Assembly (NCBI GenBank): GCA_963760795.1
Contig: CAVXEP010000017.1
Coordinates: 1 to 64,000 of the forward strand
Length of the DNA stretch: 64,000 nucleotides
From: an uncultured delta proteobacterium
Lineage (GTDB): Bacteria > Desulfobacterota > Binatia > UBA9968
Direction of reading: 5' to 3'
The notes beneath the pieces were generated by a model. That model did no database searches and was not told the origin of the DNA. It was given only the letters and a program-made list of their open reading frames with translations. Positions within the stretch are counted from its first letter, which is position 1. Each line of letters begins with the position of its first letter. The position numbers and the translations under genes are program-made. Below, piece after piece: positions 9,411 through 20,821 of this stretch.

Positions 9411-10386
9411 AATAGGCAGCGCCGCGCAGCGCTGCTTGATCGTTCAAAACCACTTGTACGGGAACCGCTGTAAGGAAATCGGTGTAGCGGCCTTTATCGA
9501 CAAAGGCGCGCATGAAGACACCATCTTTGAGCTTGGCGAGAATTTTCGGCGCGATGCCGCCGCCGATGTAGAGACCGCGCACCGACTTGGCGCGCAGCGC
9601 CAGGTTTCCCGCCTCGGCACCGTAAACGGCAACGAAGAGATCCAAACTCTTGACGCAAATCTCCGCCTCGCCGGCGAGCGCCGCCTTGGAAACCACCGCG
9701 CTGGAATCGTCGGCAGCGGCAAAGCGCTCGGTCAACCATTTCGGCTCTTCCAGACCGCGGCGCTCTTTGAAGAAGCGATAGATATTGAACAGACCGGGGC
9801 CGGAAAGCACGCGTTCATAACTGACATGCTGGAAGCGCTCGATCAGGTAGCGCAACAGTTCGATCTCGAGCTCATTGCGCGGCGCGAAATCAGCGTGGCC
9901 GCCTTCGGATGCCAACGGATTAAAATGGTGGCCATCGTCATACAAGATCGCCTGTCCCAGCCCCGTGCCGGCAGCGATCAACGCTTTATTGCCCGACTGG
10001 CGCATCGCGCCTTCGTTGAGCGTGCAGAACTCGTCGTTTTCCAAGGCGAAAATACCATAGGCGCCGGCTTCGAGATCGTTGAGCAGGGTCACGCTTTCGA
10101 GTTTGAGCACCCGGCGCAATTCGTCGGTATCGAGCATCCAAGGCAGATTGGGCGTTTTAACTTTGCCGTCGACCACCGGTCCGGCGATGCCAAAGCACGC
10201 CCCGTCGACTTTAGGCACATCGCCGGCGAGAAACTCTTGCAGCACCGGCACCAGACCGGAATAGCGTTTACTTGGAAAGGTGCGGAGCGATTCCGAATGC
10301 AGCTTCTCACCGCGCACGGAAAACAAAGCGAGATTGGTTTTTGTGCCGCCAATATCGCCGGCGAGAACGAGGTTTCTTGGTGCCAT
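9385..10386 (-). CDS. glk: Glucokinase
   Basis: LAGDIGGTKT, LLNDLEA, GTGLG, SEGGH, SYERVLSGPGL. Confidence 0.95.
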   Translation of the reverse strand: MAPRNLVLAGDIGGTKTNLALFSVRGEKLHSESLRTFPSKRYSGLVPVLQEFLAGDVPKVDGACFGIAGPVVDGKVKTPNLPWMLDTDELRRVLKLESVTLLNDLEAGAYGIFALENDEFCTLNEGAMRQSGNKALIAAGTGLGQAILYDDGHHFNPLASEGGHADFAPRNELEIELLRYLIERFQHVSYERVLSGPGLFNIYRFFKERRGLEEPKWLTERFAAADDSSAVVSKAALAGEAEICVKSLDLFVAVYGAEAGNLALRAKSVRGLYIGGGIAPKILAKLKDGVFMRAFVDKGRYTDFLTAVPVQVVLNDQAALRGAAYYGAFLARD

Positions 10387-10396
10387 GATTATGATT

Positions 10397-10653
10397 CACC
10401 ACGAAGTGTCTATGAGCTAACGCTCGTCTACAGAAAATGAAAATGGATGGAATTCCCTCTATAGGCGGTCTGCTTGACGCGTCATTCCCGCGCACGCGGG
10501 AATCCAGGTTTGGTCTGCGTCCAATTAGCCTGGATACCCGCTTTCGCGGGTATGACGTAGCCCAGGTGACCTCTTCATGTGAGACACTAAGCGCGAAGCT
10601 TACGACGACCCACAATGTGAATTTCTGCTTTGCGCCCTTTGCGTTTTGCGGCC
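10397..10653. mobile_element. Nested non-autonomous repeat element (CACGAAG arm / TGTCT...AGACA insert / REP doublet)
   Basis: Inverted homologous copy at 36976-37255; inner palindrome pair CGTCATTCCCGCGCACGCGGGAATCC...GGATACCCGCTTTCGCGGGTATGACG at 10480-10557. Confidence 0.7.
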
Positions 10654-10666
10654 AATCTCTCTTCAT

Positions 10667-12216
10667 TCACGGTTTACGCCAGCGCCGGCCGTCGCGCTGC
10701 ATGAACTCATCCGCCTCTGCCGGACCCCAGCTGCCAGCCGCATAATTGGGGAAAGTTTTCGGCTTACTCAAATTCCACACTTGAATGATCGGGTCGGTCA
10801 ACGACCACGCCGCTTCCACCCAATCATGGCGTGTGAAAAGTGTCGAATCCCCCTCAATACAATCTTCCAGTAGCGTTTCGTAGGCCTCGGGGGAACCGCT
10901 GCCAAAAGCTTCCTCGTAGTTGAAGTCCAAACTCAGCGGACTGACGACCATGTTCGACCCGGGCGGCTTGACTTCAAACGTCAGCGACACGCCTTCATCC
11001 GGTTGAATGCGCATGACCAAAACGTTGGGATTGACGTTGTCCAGCGCGTGGGACTTGAACAGTAGCAGCGGCGGCCGCTTGAACTGAATCGCCACTTCGG
11101 TGACCCGCTTTGCCATGCGCTTGCCCGAACGCAAATAAAACGGCACGCCTTCCCAACGCCAGTTGTCGATGTAAAATTTGAGCGCGGCGTAGGTTACCGT
11201 CGCCGAGTTCTTGTGGACCCCGCTCTCCTGCCGGTAACCCGGTACCTTCTGATCGCCGAGCAGACCCGGACCATACTGTCCGCGCACCGCTGCCGAGGCG
11301 ACTTCCTCCGACGCAATGGCGCGCACCGATTTTAGCAGCTTGCCCTTCTCGTCACGCACCGCGTCGGCGGTGAAACCCACCGGCGGCTCCATGGCGGTGA
11401 GACAGAGCAGTTGAAGCAAATGATTCTGAAACATATCGCGCACGACACCCGCTTCTTCGTAGTAACCGCCGCGGTTTTCCACGCCGACGCTCTCAGCCGC
11501 AGTGATCTGGACATGATCGACATAGCGGCGGTTCCAGATCGGCTCGAACACGGCGTTGGCGAAGCGGAACACCATGATATTTTGCACGGTCTCTTTGCCG
11601 AGATAGTGGTCGATGCGGTACACCTGGTTTTCATCGAGCACCTCGTGCACCCGGCGATTGAGCTCCCGCGCGGTTTGCAGGTCGGTGCCGAACGGCTTTT
11701 CAATGACCACGCGAGTGCGCGCCTCGCCGTCGGTTTCCTTGGGCGCCAACCCCGCCGCGGCGATGCGCTCGATGACCGGACCGTAGAGATCCGGCGGCGT
11801 CGCCAGGTAAAATACCCGGCGCCGGCAACACCCGGCTGCTGCGATCGAAGCCGTCGATGAACTCCTTCAAGCTCTGATAGCCGTCGGCTTCCTCGTAGCC
11901 GCCGCGAACGTAATAGAGCGTTGTGGCGAACTAGTTCCCAGACCGCTTGGTCTTGCAAGTCCGGTGCGGGAGAACTCTTGCACCGCCTCGCGCATCTTGT
12001 CGCGAAACACTTCATGGGTCATTTCGCTGCGCGCGTAGCCGACCACGGCGAAGCGCTCCGGCAAGCTTCTTTTCCAGCGCTAAATTATACAGCGCTGGGA
12101 TCAGCTTGCGTTTGGTCAGATCGCCGGACGCGCCAAAAATCGTCACCACACAGCCGTGCGGTTTTTTCGCTTGTCCCAAACTCTGGTGCAGATAATCTTG
12201 CGCCGTCGCTCGCCAT
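10667..12216 (-). CDS. zwf: Glucose-6-phosphate 1-dehydrogenase (several indels in 5' half)
   Basis: [59 protein letters not shown]. Confidence 0.93.
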
Positions 12217-12222
12217 CGGCGA

Positions 12223-13120
12223 TTACCCCTTTTTCACCGCATGGCCGCCGAACTCGTTGCGCAGCGCGGCGATGACTTTGTTGGAAAACGCATCCTGCTG
12301 GCGCGACGCGAAGCGCGCGAACAGCGAATGGGCCAAAGTCGGCGCCGCGACGCCTTTTTCAATCGCTTCGATGACCGTCCAGCGCCCTTCGCCGGAATCT
12401 TCGACATAGCCTTTGATCGCATCGAGCTTGGGATCTTTTTCAAAGGCGCTCTCGCACAACTCGAGCAGCCAGGAACGCACCACGCTGCCTTGATTCCACA
12501 GATGGGAAATCTTCGCCAGATCGAGATCGAACTGCGAGGCTTTGAGCAATCTCGAAGCCTTCGCCGTAGGCCTGCATCATGCCGTACTCGATGCCGTTGT
12601 GAATCATCTTGACGAAGTGACCGGCGCCGTTGGGACCGGCGTGCAGATAGCCGTCCTTCGGCGCCAGCGTGAGAAAGATCGGCTCCAAGCGGCCGACGAT
12701 TTCCTTGTCGCCGCCGACCATCATGCAGTAGCCGTTTTGCAGTCCCCAGATGCCGCCGCTGGTGCCGGCGTCGACGAAGTGGAGCTTGTGCGGCTTAAGT
12801 TTCTCGGCGCGCCGGATGGAGTCTTTGTAGTTGGAGTTGCCGCCGTCGATGATGATGTCGCCTTCGGCCAAACTCGGCAGTAACTGCTCGATGGTCTGGT
12901 CCACCGCATCGCCCGACGGCACCATCAGCCAAATCGCCCGCGGCAATGATAATTGCTTGACGAAGTCGGCGAGCGAGTGCGCGCCCACCGCGCCTTTGTC
13001 GACGACTCGTTGAATCGCCTCGGCGCTGCGGTCGTAAGTAATCACCTTATGACCGCCGCGCACCAGCCGCTCGGTCATGTTGGCGCCCATTCGGCCTAAG
13101 CCGATCATGCCCAATTCCAT
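12223..13120 (-). CDS. gnd: 6-phosphogluconate dehydrogenase, short decarboxylating type (indel ~12550)
   Basis: [49 protein letters not shown]. Confidence 0.93.
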
Positions 13121-13150
13121 CGTATGTTCTCCTTCCCTGGAGAAGCTAAG

Positions 13151-15906
13151 TTATTTTTGCAGCGCCGCTGCCAAGCGCTCCAAACCGCCGGCGCTGTCGC
13201 CGCCGAGATTGACGCGCAGCGCGCGCCGCCGTCGTTGCTTCAGCGCGGTAAAATCGCCGATCGCTTGCGCCTGGATCAGGGCGTCAAAGGTATAGCTTGT
13301 CTCCGGTACAGCTAGATTATCGGCAGATTGGTCGACGATCTGTAGCACCAGCGCCGAATTGGGTCCGCCCTTATGAAGCTGACCGGTGGAATGCAGGAAG
13401 CGCGGGCCAAAACCCAAGGTCGTGGCCACGCCAAGACGGTTTTGCAGCGCGGCGCAGAGCGCCGCCAGCTTCGCGCTATTCTCCGGCGACGGCGCAATGT
13501 AAGCCTGCACCACGACGTAGTCCCGCGGCTTTTTCTTGCCAAGCCACGCGCCGACCATCTTTTCGAGACCGGCGGGATCGCTGGCTGCGACCTCGTCTTT
13601 CAACTTAGCACCAGCCGCTACCGCTCTCGCTCATGGCTTTCTTGGATAGGTCTTTCGCCAGCTGCACATCGGGCTGGTTGAACGGGTTGATGCCGAGCAC
13701 CGCACCGGCCGCCGCCACGGCGAATTCCCAGCGGAAAAACTCTTGGCCGATATCATACTTGTCGGCCAAATCGATGCGCGCCACCGGATGGCCATTGGCT
13801 TCCAGCGCCGCCACCTGGCGGTCGAGGTCGTGATTGCTGTCGCTTTCGAGACGAAGATAAACGAAAAAACGATCCGCGCCGTATTTTTCCGGCGGCGCCA
13901 GGTTTTCATTGGCCACCGGCACGATACCTTTGTTTTCTTTGCCCATGCTCTCGGCGATCAATTGTTCGACCCAGGAGGGAAATGCGCCAAGCGACGGCGA
14001 ACAAATAAACGTCACCTTATCGCGCTTGGCCAACGTCAACTCGCCCAACGCCGCGCCTAGAATCAAGCCGGGATTGCTCGCCGTCAGCGACCGCGGCGCC
14101 GCAGGCGGCGCTCATGCGCCGCGCCCGCGCCAGCACAGCGCCGATATCGACACCGATCAAAGCCGCCGGCACCAAACCGAACATGGTTAACGCCGAATAG
14201 CGCCCGCCGACTTCTGCCGGCGCATTGAAAGTGCCGCGAAAATTTCTCTCTTTGGCGAGCTGCTCCAACGGCGTGCCGGGATCGGTGATGGCGACAAAGT
14301 GCGGGCCGGGATCGGCGCCAAGCTTTTTCAGTTTGTCCCAGAAGTAAAAGAAAAACGAATTTGTCTCCGTGGTCGTGCCGGACTTGCTCGAGACTAGAAA
14401 GACCGTGTGCGCCAAGTCGATGCCGTTCTCGACGGCTTTAACTGCCGCCGGATGGGTACTGTCGAGGACGCGCAACTTGGGATAGCCCGGCGCATTGCCA
14501 AAGGTTTCTTGAAACACTTCCGGCGCCAGACTCGACCCACCCATGCCGAGCAGCACGACATGTTTCATGCCGTCAGCTTTCGCCTTGTCGGCGAATGCGC
14601 GGAGCGCGGCGACTTCTTTCTCCATGGTTTCGGGAAGCTCGAGCCAACCCAGACGATCGGCCAGTTCCGGCTGCACATCCTTCGACCAAACTTTGTGATC
14701 TTTTTCCCAGATACGTTTGCCGACTTGAGCCGTCTGCCAGTCCTTGAGCCGTTTTTCGACGCGCTTAAGGGATTTGCCGAGGTGGAGCTCTTGATGGTTC
14801 AAGGCGGCGCCGGCCATCGCCTCGCGCTTTTTCTCCAACGCGCCCATCAGCTGATCGAAGGAAGCTGAGAACGACGCCACGCCGTCGACTTGTAATTTTT
14901 CCGTGATCACGTCGAGGTTGATACCAAGCTTCGCCAAGGTCGCCAGAGCGGCATCAGCATCGTCGAAACCGGTTTTAACCGTAGCTCCGGGAATCTTGCC
15001 GTGGTCGCGAAAAGCGTTGATGGTATCCGGCGGTAACGTGTTGACGGTTTCCGGGCCGATGAGATTCTCGACGTAAAGAACGTCGGAGTAGGCCGGATTC
15101 TTCGTTCCCGTGCTCGCCCACAGCGGCCGCTGCACCCTCGCGCCGCGGCTGCGCAGTGACGCGAATCCTTCGCCGTGAAAAATCTCCATGAAGCGGCGAT
15201 AGACGACTTTGGAGTTGGCGATGGCGATCTTGCCGAGCAACGCGCGAGCTTCCGGGCTGCCGTTTTTTTCCAACTCTTTGTCGACCACGGTGTCGACACG
15301 GCTGACGAAGAACGACGCCACCGAAGCGACCTTGGACGGATCGGCGCAACGCTCCAATCCATTTACGTAAGCGCGCGACACCGCCTCATAGTCGTCCATG
15401 GAAAACATCAAAGTCACGTTGATGCTCAGTCCGTCGGCGATCAGCTGCTCGATGGCGGGAATGCCGGCGGGCGTCGCCGGTACTTTGATCATCAAGTTGG
15501 GGCGGTCGACCGCGGCGCGCAGCCGCTTGGCTGCTGCGATCGTACCTTGAGTGTCGTGGGCCAAATGGGGCGACACTTCGAGGCTGACGTAGCCGTCGTC
15601 GCCGTTACTGGCATCGTAAACCGGACGTAACACGTCGGCAGCCATCTGAATGTCTTCGATGGCCAGCGGCTCGTAGAGTTTTTCCACCTCCGCGTTGCCG
15701 TCCCGCGCCAGCATGGCGCGCAGCGCCTCGTCGTAGTCCGTGCTGCCGGCGATGGCTTTTTCAAAGATCGTTGGATTGCTGGTGACGCCGCGGATCCCGT
15801 CGTCGTCAACCAGGCGCTTCAACTCGCCGCTGCGAATCAAGTTGCGCCGGATGTAATCGAGCCAGATCGACTGTCCTTGGCCGCCGAGTTCCTTCAATGG
15901 ATTCAT
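13151..15906 (-). CDS. Bifunctional transaldolase / glucose-6-phosphate isomerase (indels ~13610, ~14085)
   Basis: Tal: [32 protein letters not shown]; Pgi: [43 protein letters not shown]. Confidence 0.92.
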
Positions 15907-15918
15907 GTTGATTCTCCC

Positions 15919-16377
15919 TCAGGCTGTCTTAGCGTAACGCCGCTCGAGCGCCGATATTTTTTCGACGCGTCTGCGGTGCCGTTCTTCGCCGTTGAATTTC
16001 GCCGCTAAAAATCGATCCACCAATTCACGCGCGACTTCGACACCGATAATTCTCGCCCCGAGCACGAGTATATTTATGTCATCATGCTCGACGCCCTGGT
16101 GTGCCGAATAAGTGTCATGACACAATCCGGCACGGATCCCTGGGATCTTGTTCGCCGAGACCGAGGCGCCGACGCCGCTGCCGCAGACCAGCACGCCGCG
16201 TTCCGCTGCGCCCGCCAGCACGGCATTGCCGACCGCTTCGGCGAAGTCGGGATAATCCACCGGCTGGTCGCTATCGGTCCCTTTGTCGATCACCTCATGG
16301 CCATGGTGACGCAGATAGGCGGCGAGAATTTGCTTCAATTCGAAGCCCGCGTGATCGGCGCCGATGACAATGCGCAT
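15919..16377 (-). CDS. rpiB: Ribose-5-phosphate isomerase B
   Basis: [34 protein letters not shown]. Confidence 0.95.
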   Translation of the reverse strand: MRIVIGADHAGFELKQILAAYLRHHGHEVIDKGTDSDQPVDYPDFAEAVGNAVLAGAAERGVLVCGSGVGASVSANKIPGIRAGLCHDTYSAHQGVEHDDINILVLGARIIGVEVARELVDRFLAAKFNGEERHRRRVEKISALERRYAKTA

Positions 16378-16379
16378 GC

Positions 16380-18431
16380 TTACCCTGGCAATTGCGCTTT
16401 AGCCGCGGCGACAATGTTCTCCACGGTAAAGCCGAACTTTTTCTGTAAATGTGAAAACGGCGCCGATGCGCCGAAACTTTTCATACCGATCACCGCGCCG
16501 GTCATGCCGACATATTTTGCCCAGCCCATGGCCACGCCTTGCTCGACGGCGACGCGCGCGCGCACCGCCGCAGGCAGAACCTGTTCGCGATATTCTTTGC
16601 TCTGCCGCTCGAACAATTCCCATGACGGCATGCTGACGACACGCGCCTGGATGCCGTCTTTTTTGAGCTGCTCGTAGGCTTCGACGCACAAATAAACTTC
16701 GCTGCCGGTGCCGATCAAGATCACCCGCGGCTTGACGCCGTCGGCGTCAGCCAAAATGTAAGCGCCTTTAGCCAATCCGGCGGCGGCGCCGTACTTCGTC
16801 CGGTCCAATGTCGGCAGCGCCTGGCGCGTCAATGCTAGCGCCACCGGTTCATGCTTGAGCGCCATGATCACGCGCCAGGCCTCGACCACTTCGTTAGCAT
16901 CGCCAGGGCGAAGCGTAATCAGACCTGGAATCGCCCGTAGCGACGCCAGCTGCTCCACCGGCTGGTGTGTCGGACCGTCTTCACCGACGCCGATGGAGTC
17001 ATGGGTAAAGACGTGAATCGCGGGAATCTCCATAATCGCGCCGAGCCGGATCGCCGGTCGAGCGTAATCGCTGAAAATGAGAAATCCGGAACCGTAAGCG
17101 CGCACGCCGCACAGCGACATGCCGTTGACGATCGCCGCCATGACATGCTCGCGCACGCCGAAGTGAAAATTGCGCGCGCCGTAACTGCCGGCGGCGAAAT
17201 CGCCGGCGCCGTCAAACGTCAGGCGCGTCTTGGTCGACGGCGCGAGATCCGCCGAGCCGCCCATCAGCCAAGGAACGTGCTTGGCGATGGCGTTCAAAAC
17301 TTTGCCGGAAGAATCGCGCGTCGCTTGGCCTTTTGGATCGGCCGGATATTCGCTCAATTCCTTGTCCCAGCCCGCCGGCAGTTCGCGTTGCTGCAGGGTC
17401 GTCAATTGCTCGGCGAGTTCGGGGTATTTTTTCTGGTATGCGGAAAACTTGCCGGTCCACTCATCGCGCAGCGCGCGGCCGCGTTTGCCGAGAACCCGTT
17501 GGAAATTCTCCTGCACGCCCTCGGGAACGAAAAATTTCTCATCCTCCGGCCAGCCGTAGTTTTTCTTGGTCAGTTTGATCTCGCCGTCGCCCAGCGGCTC
17601 GCCATGCGCGGCGGCGGTGTCCTGCTTGGTCGGCGCGCCAAAGGCGATATGGCTTTGCATCACGATAAAGGTCGGCCGGTCGTTACACTGGCGGAAGTTT
17701 TCCAGCGCCCCATCGAGGGCACTTTGGTCGTTGGCATCGGCGACACGCAAAACGTTCCAGCCATAAGCTTCAAAGCGTTTGCCGACATCTTCCGACAGCG
17801 CCAAGCTGGTGCTGCCTTCGATGGAGATCCGGTTGCTGTCGTAAATCCAACAAAGATTGCCTAGTTTCAAATGGCCGGCGAGGGATGCCGCTTCGCTGCT
17901 GATCCCTTCCATCATATCGCCGTCGCCGCACAGCGCGTAAACCGCGAAATCAAATAATTCGAAGCCGGGCCGGTTGAAATAGCTACCGAGCCATTTCGAA
18001 GCTATCGCCATGCCGACGCTGTTAGCCACGCCCTGGCCGAGCGGCCCGGTGGTGGTCTCGACGCCGGCAGTGAGGCCGAACTCAGGATGGCCGGGGGTTT
18101 TGCTGTCGAGCTGGCGAAAGTTTTTTAAATCGTCGAGGGTCAGCGTCGGCTGATTGAGCACCTGATGCTTGGCATCCAACGCGCGCACGCCGACTAGGTA
18201 TAAAGTGGAATAGAGCAGCATCGACGCATGGCCGATGGACAGCACGAAGCGGTCTCGGTTGGGCCAGAGCGGATCGGCGGGGTCATATTTTAAATGGCGC
18301 TGCCACAGGCCATACATCACCGGCGCCATCGACATGGGTGTGCCGGGGTGACCGGAGTTGGCCTGCTGAACCGCGTCCATGGACAAAGTGCGGATGGTAT
18401 TGATGGACAACTGATCGATCGACTGGTTCAT
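16380..18431 (-). CDS. tkt: Transketolase
   Basis: [46 protein letters not shown]. Confidence 0.96.
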   Translation of the reverse strand: MNQSIDQLSINTIRTLSMDAVQQANSGHPGTPMSMAPVMYGLWQRHLKYDPADPLWPNRDRFVLSIGHASMLLYSTLYLVGVRALDAKHQVLNQPTLTLDDLKNFRQLDSKTPGHPEFGLTAGVETTTGPLGQGVANSVGMAIASKWLGSYFNRPGFELFDFAVYALCGDGDMMEGISSEAASLAGHLKLGNLCWIYDSNRISIEGSTSLALSEDVGKRFEAYGWNVLRVADANDQSALDGALENFRQCNDRPTFIVMQSHIAFGAPTKQDTAAAHGEPLGDGEIKLTKKNYGWPEDEKFFVPEGVQENFQRVLGKRGRALRDEWTGKFSAYQKKYPELAEQLTTLQQRELPAGWDKELSEYPADPKGQATRDSSGKVLNAIAKHVPWLMGGSADLAPSTKTRLTFDGAGDFAAGSYGARNFHFGVREHVMAAIVNGMSLCGVRAYGSGFLIFSDYARPAIRLGAIMEIPAIHVFTHDSIGVGEDGPTHQPVEQLASLRAIPGLITLRPGDANEVVEAWRVIMALKHEPVALALTRQALPTLDRTKYGAAAGLAKGAYILADADGVKPRVILIGTGSEVYLCVEAYEQLKKDGIQARVVSMPSWELFERQSKEYREQVLPAAVRARVAVEQGVAMGWAKYVGMTGAVIGMKSFGASAPFSHLQKKFGFTVENIVAAAKAQLPG

Positions 18432-18573
18432 AGGATCTGCCTGTTCTAACCGGAGCGCTCCGGCAGGGTTGGTTGCACGCGTATCTGTATCAGTTTTATC
18501 ACTTTCGCTCGCCCAGGTCAGCAACATATTCGAACTAATTGGCAGTTTGTCACGGAAATGTAACCTGTCACCG

Positions 18574-19270
18574 TCAGACTTTTGACGCAGGCGAAAATCC
18601 GAACTTTTCCAAGCAAGCCAATGTCCGGCTCAGCCCTGCGCGCAATTCCGACTTCGGCAATTGCCACAATCGTTGAAAATCTTCAGCCACGTCGAGGTCG
18701 AACCAAGTCGGCAGCACGCTATAGGGCAGGCTAAGGGCGTCGAGTCGCGCGGTCGTGTCAGCGAAAACCCGGTCATGGCTCCAGGTCATGTTGGCGAATA
18801 TCTCCGGCGTCGGCTCGATTCATGCCGACTAAGTAATAGCCGCCGTCCGCGCTCGGTCCCAAGACTACTCGCCGCTCCGCTTGCGCCAACCGACTAATTG
18901 CTTCATCAAGAATTGCCCAAGGCAAAGCCGGCAAATCGCTGCCGATGAGGACAATGTTACGATGTCCCAGGTGCCAAAGATCGGCGAAGACTTGCTCCAT
19001 GCGCGCGCCGAGATCGCCATCGGATTGCGCCAGATAGACATAACCGGCGCCAGCGAGTTCCCGCATAACATTTTCGGCGTCAGCCGGTGTGTAAAACACA
19101 TAGCTCTCGACGCCGGTGAAATTTCTCAGATGGTCGAACTGATCGAGCAGCAGCGCGCGACAGATCTCCGCCGCTTGCGCCGGCGTCAACGGCGGCACCA
19201 AGCGGGTCTTCACCGTTCCCGCCACCGGCGCCTTGGCCATGATGGCAAGCGCGTTAACGTGTGTCGGCAT
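18574..19270 (-). CDS. TIGR04282/DUF2064 glycosyltransferase-like protein, arsenosugar-cluster associated (indel ~18810)
   Basis: MAKAPVAGTVKTRL, QSDGDLGARM, IGSDLP, VLGPSADGGYYL, WFDLDVAED. Confidence 0.85.
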
Positions 19271-19931
19271 AGAACTGTTTCAAGCGGGCCGGCGAAACAC
19301 CGGTGAGATAGAGTAGCTTCAGCGTCCACATGCGAAAAATCGTCCGCCACACGCCGTCCACTTCCCAACGGCGCGCCGAGGTCACCACCCGGCTGCGCAG
19401 GCAGGCGACTTCGCCCAGCCGCTTGAGCGCGCGGCAGAACGCGATGTCTTCCATGAGTGGAATGTCCGCGAAACCGCCCATGCGCTGGAACACTTCGCGG
19501 CGCGCGAACAGCGCCTGATCGCCGGTGGCGACTTTGGAGAGCCGCGAGCGATAGCTAATCAGCCGCCCGACCAGCGGCAACATCCAGTGCTTGCCGTCGA
19601 GCTCGACATCGAAGCGGCCGCCGACATAGCGAGGATCGCCCATCGCGCCGGCGATGTCGCTGAACGCCGTTGACGGCAAACGCGTGTCAGCGTGGAGAAA
19701 TAACAAGACATCGCCGCTCGCCTCCCGCGCGCCGCGATTCATCTGGCGCGCCCGGCCGCGCTCCGACGGGATCACTTTAACGCCGAACTCGGCGGCGATC
19801 TCCGCCGTTCGGTCCTGGCTGCCGCCGTCGACAACGATGGTTTCGTAAGGTTGCAGGCGCGCCAGCGCCTGCAAGGTCGCGGCGATCGATTTCTCTTCGT
19901 TGAGCACCGGCACGATGACCGAGATGTTCAT
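19254..19931 (-). CDS. TIGR04283 family GT2 glycosyltransferase, arsenosugar-cluster associated
   Basis: SVIVPVLNE, VDGGS, GRARQMN, FLHADT, GDQALF, PLMED, TSARRW. Confidence 0.9.
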   Translation of the reverse strand: MNISVIVPVLNEEKSIAATLQALARLQPYETIVVDGGSQDRTAEIAAEFGVKVIPSERGRARQMNRGAREASGDVLLFLHADTRLPSTAFSDIAGAMGDPRYVGGRFDVELDGKHWMLPLVGRLISYRSRLSKVATGDQALFARREVFQRMGGFADIPLMEDIAFCRALKRLGEVACLRSRVVTSARRWEVDGVWRTIFRMWTLKLLYLTGVSPARLKQFYADTR

Positions 19932-19948
19932 CGGACCTCTGGTGCGAC

Positions 19949-20800
19949 TTACGGCTTTAGGTCGACGCCGTTCAAGCGCCAATCGTAGTCGTGACTCAAG
20001 CCGCCCTGGTATTTTTCCAACGCCCCCGACAGTCCTGGATTTGCATAATTCCGCCAGTGCTCCATCAGCCCTTCAGCGTCGCCGCCAAAATCTTCTTGGA
20101 ACCAGACATAGATGCTCGACACCTTGAGCTTGCCGCCGGTGAGCGCTACGCCGCGCGGGTGATTGATGAATTCCTTGGCGCCCTTGTCGAGCAGCGCTTC
20201 GGTGTTTTCGCCGGTGTAAGCCGCCGGCTGTAAATTCGGGCAGCCCAAACTGGCGCAGTTGACCGCGTAATGAATCCGCTCATCTTTCCAGATCGGCCGC
20301 AAGATCCGATGCTCAATGTCATCCAGCGACAGCTTCTCGCCTTCCACCGTGAGCAATTTAGCGCCCCAAGGTCCGCGCGCCAGTAAGCCGGGAGAGATAT
20401 TGATGTCGCGGATCGACGCCACCGGAAAGCGCGACAGAATCAAATCGACGGTGAGCGCGTTGTAGAGATTGATCCAGTACGCCTGCTGCTCTTTGCGGTT
20501 ATAGCTGGAGATCGAAATCCCTTGCAGGCTCTGGAGATAATTCTTTAAAACCTTTTGATCCTCCGGGCGAATTTCTTGATAGCGCACCCGATTGATCCCC
20601 GATGGATGGATTACGACATACTGCTTGAGCAAACGATCCCAAGCCCCGTGTTCGATTGTTTGCCCGCTCGCCGGATCATGCTTCTGCCAGCGCGCCCACA
20701 ACTCCGCCTTGGGCGCGGCCTGCACGTCACTTACCAAGACCGCGCACATCGCCAATATCGCAATCCACGCGATTTGAATTCGAAACCCCTTACTCCTCAC
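19949..20800 (-). CDS. DUF547 domain exported protein
   Basis: AYWINLYNA, SLDDIEH.ILR, RIHYAVNCASLGCP, SSIYVWF.EDF; signal peptide. Confidence 0.9.
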   Translation of the reverse strand: MRSKGFRIQIAWIAILAMCAVLVSDVQAAPKAELWARWQKHDPASGQTIEHGAWDRLLKQYVVIHPSGINRVRYQEIRPEDQKVLKNYLQSLQGISISSYNRKEQQAYWINLYNALTVDLILSRFPVASIRDINISPGLLARGPWGAKLLTVEGEKLSLDDIEHRILRPIWKDERIHYAVNCASLGCPNLQPAAYTGENTEALLDKGAKEFINHPRGVALTGGKLKVSSIYVWFQEDFGGDAEGLMEHWRNYANPGLSGALEKYQGGLSHDYDWRLNGVDLKP

Positions 20801-20821
20801 CCTTTACTCCTTACCCTCTTC

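Noticed and set aside
9250-10440. Long antisense ORFs (e.g. 9250..10440, 25679..26659, 29705..30793, 16965..17864)
   Set aside because: They are shadows of well-supported genes on the opposite strand in GC-rich DNA and carry no recognisable motifs.
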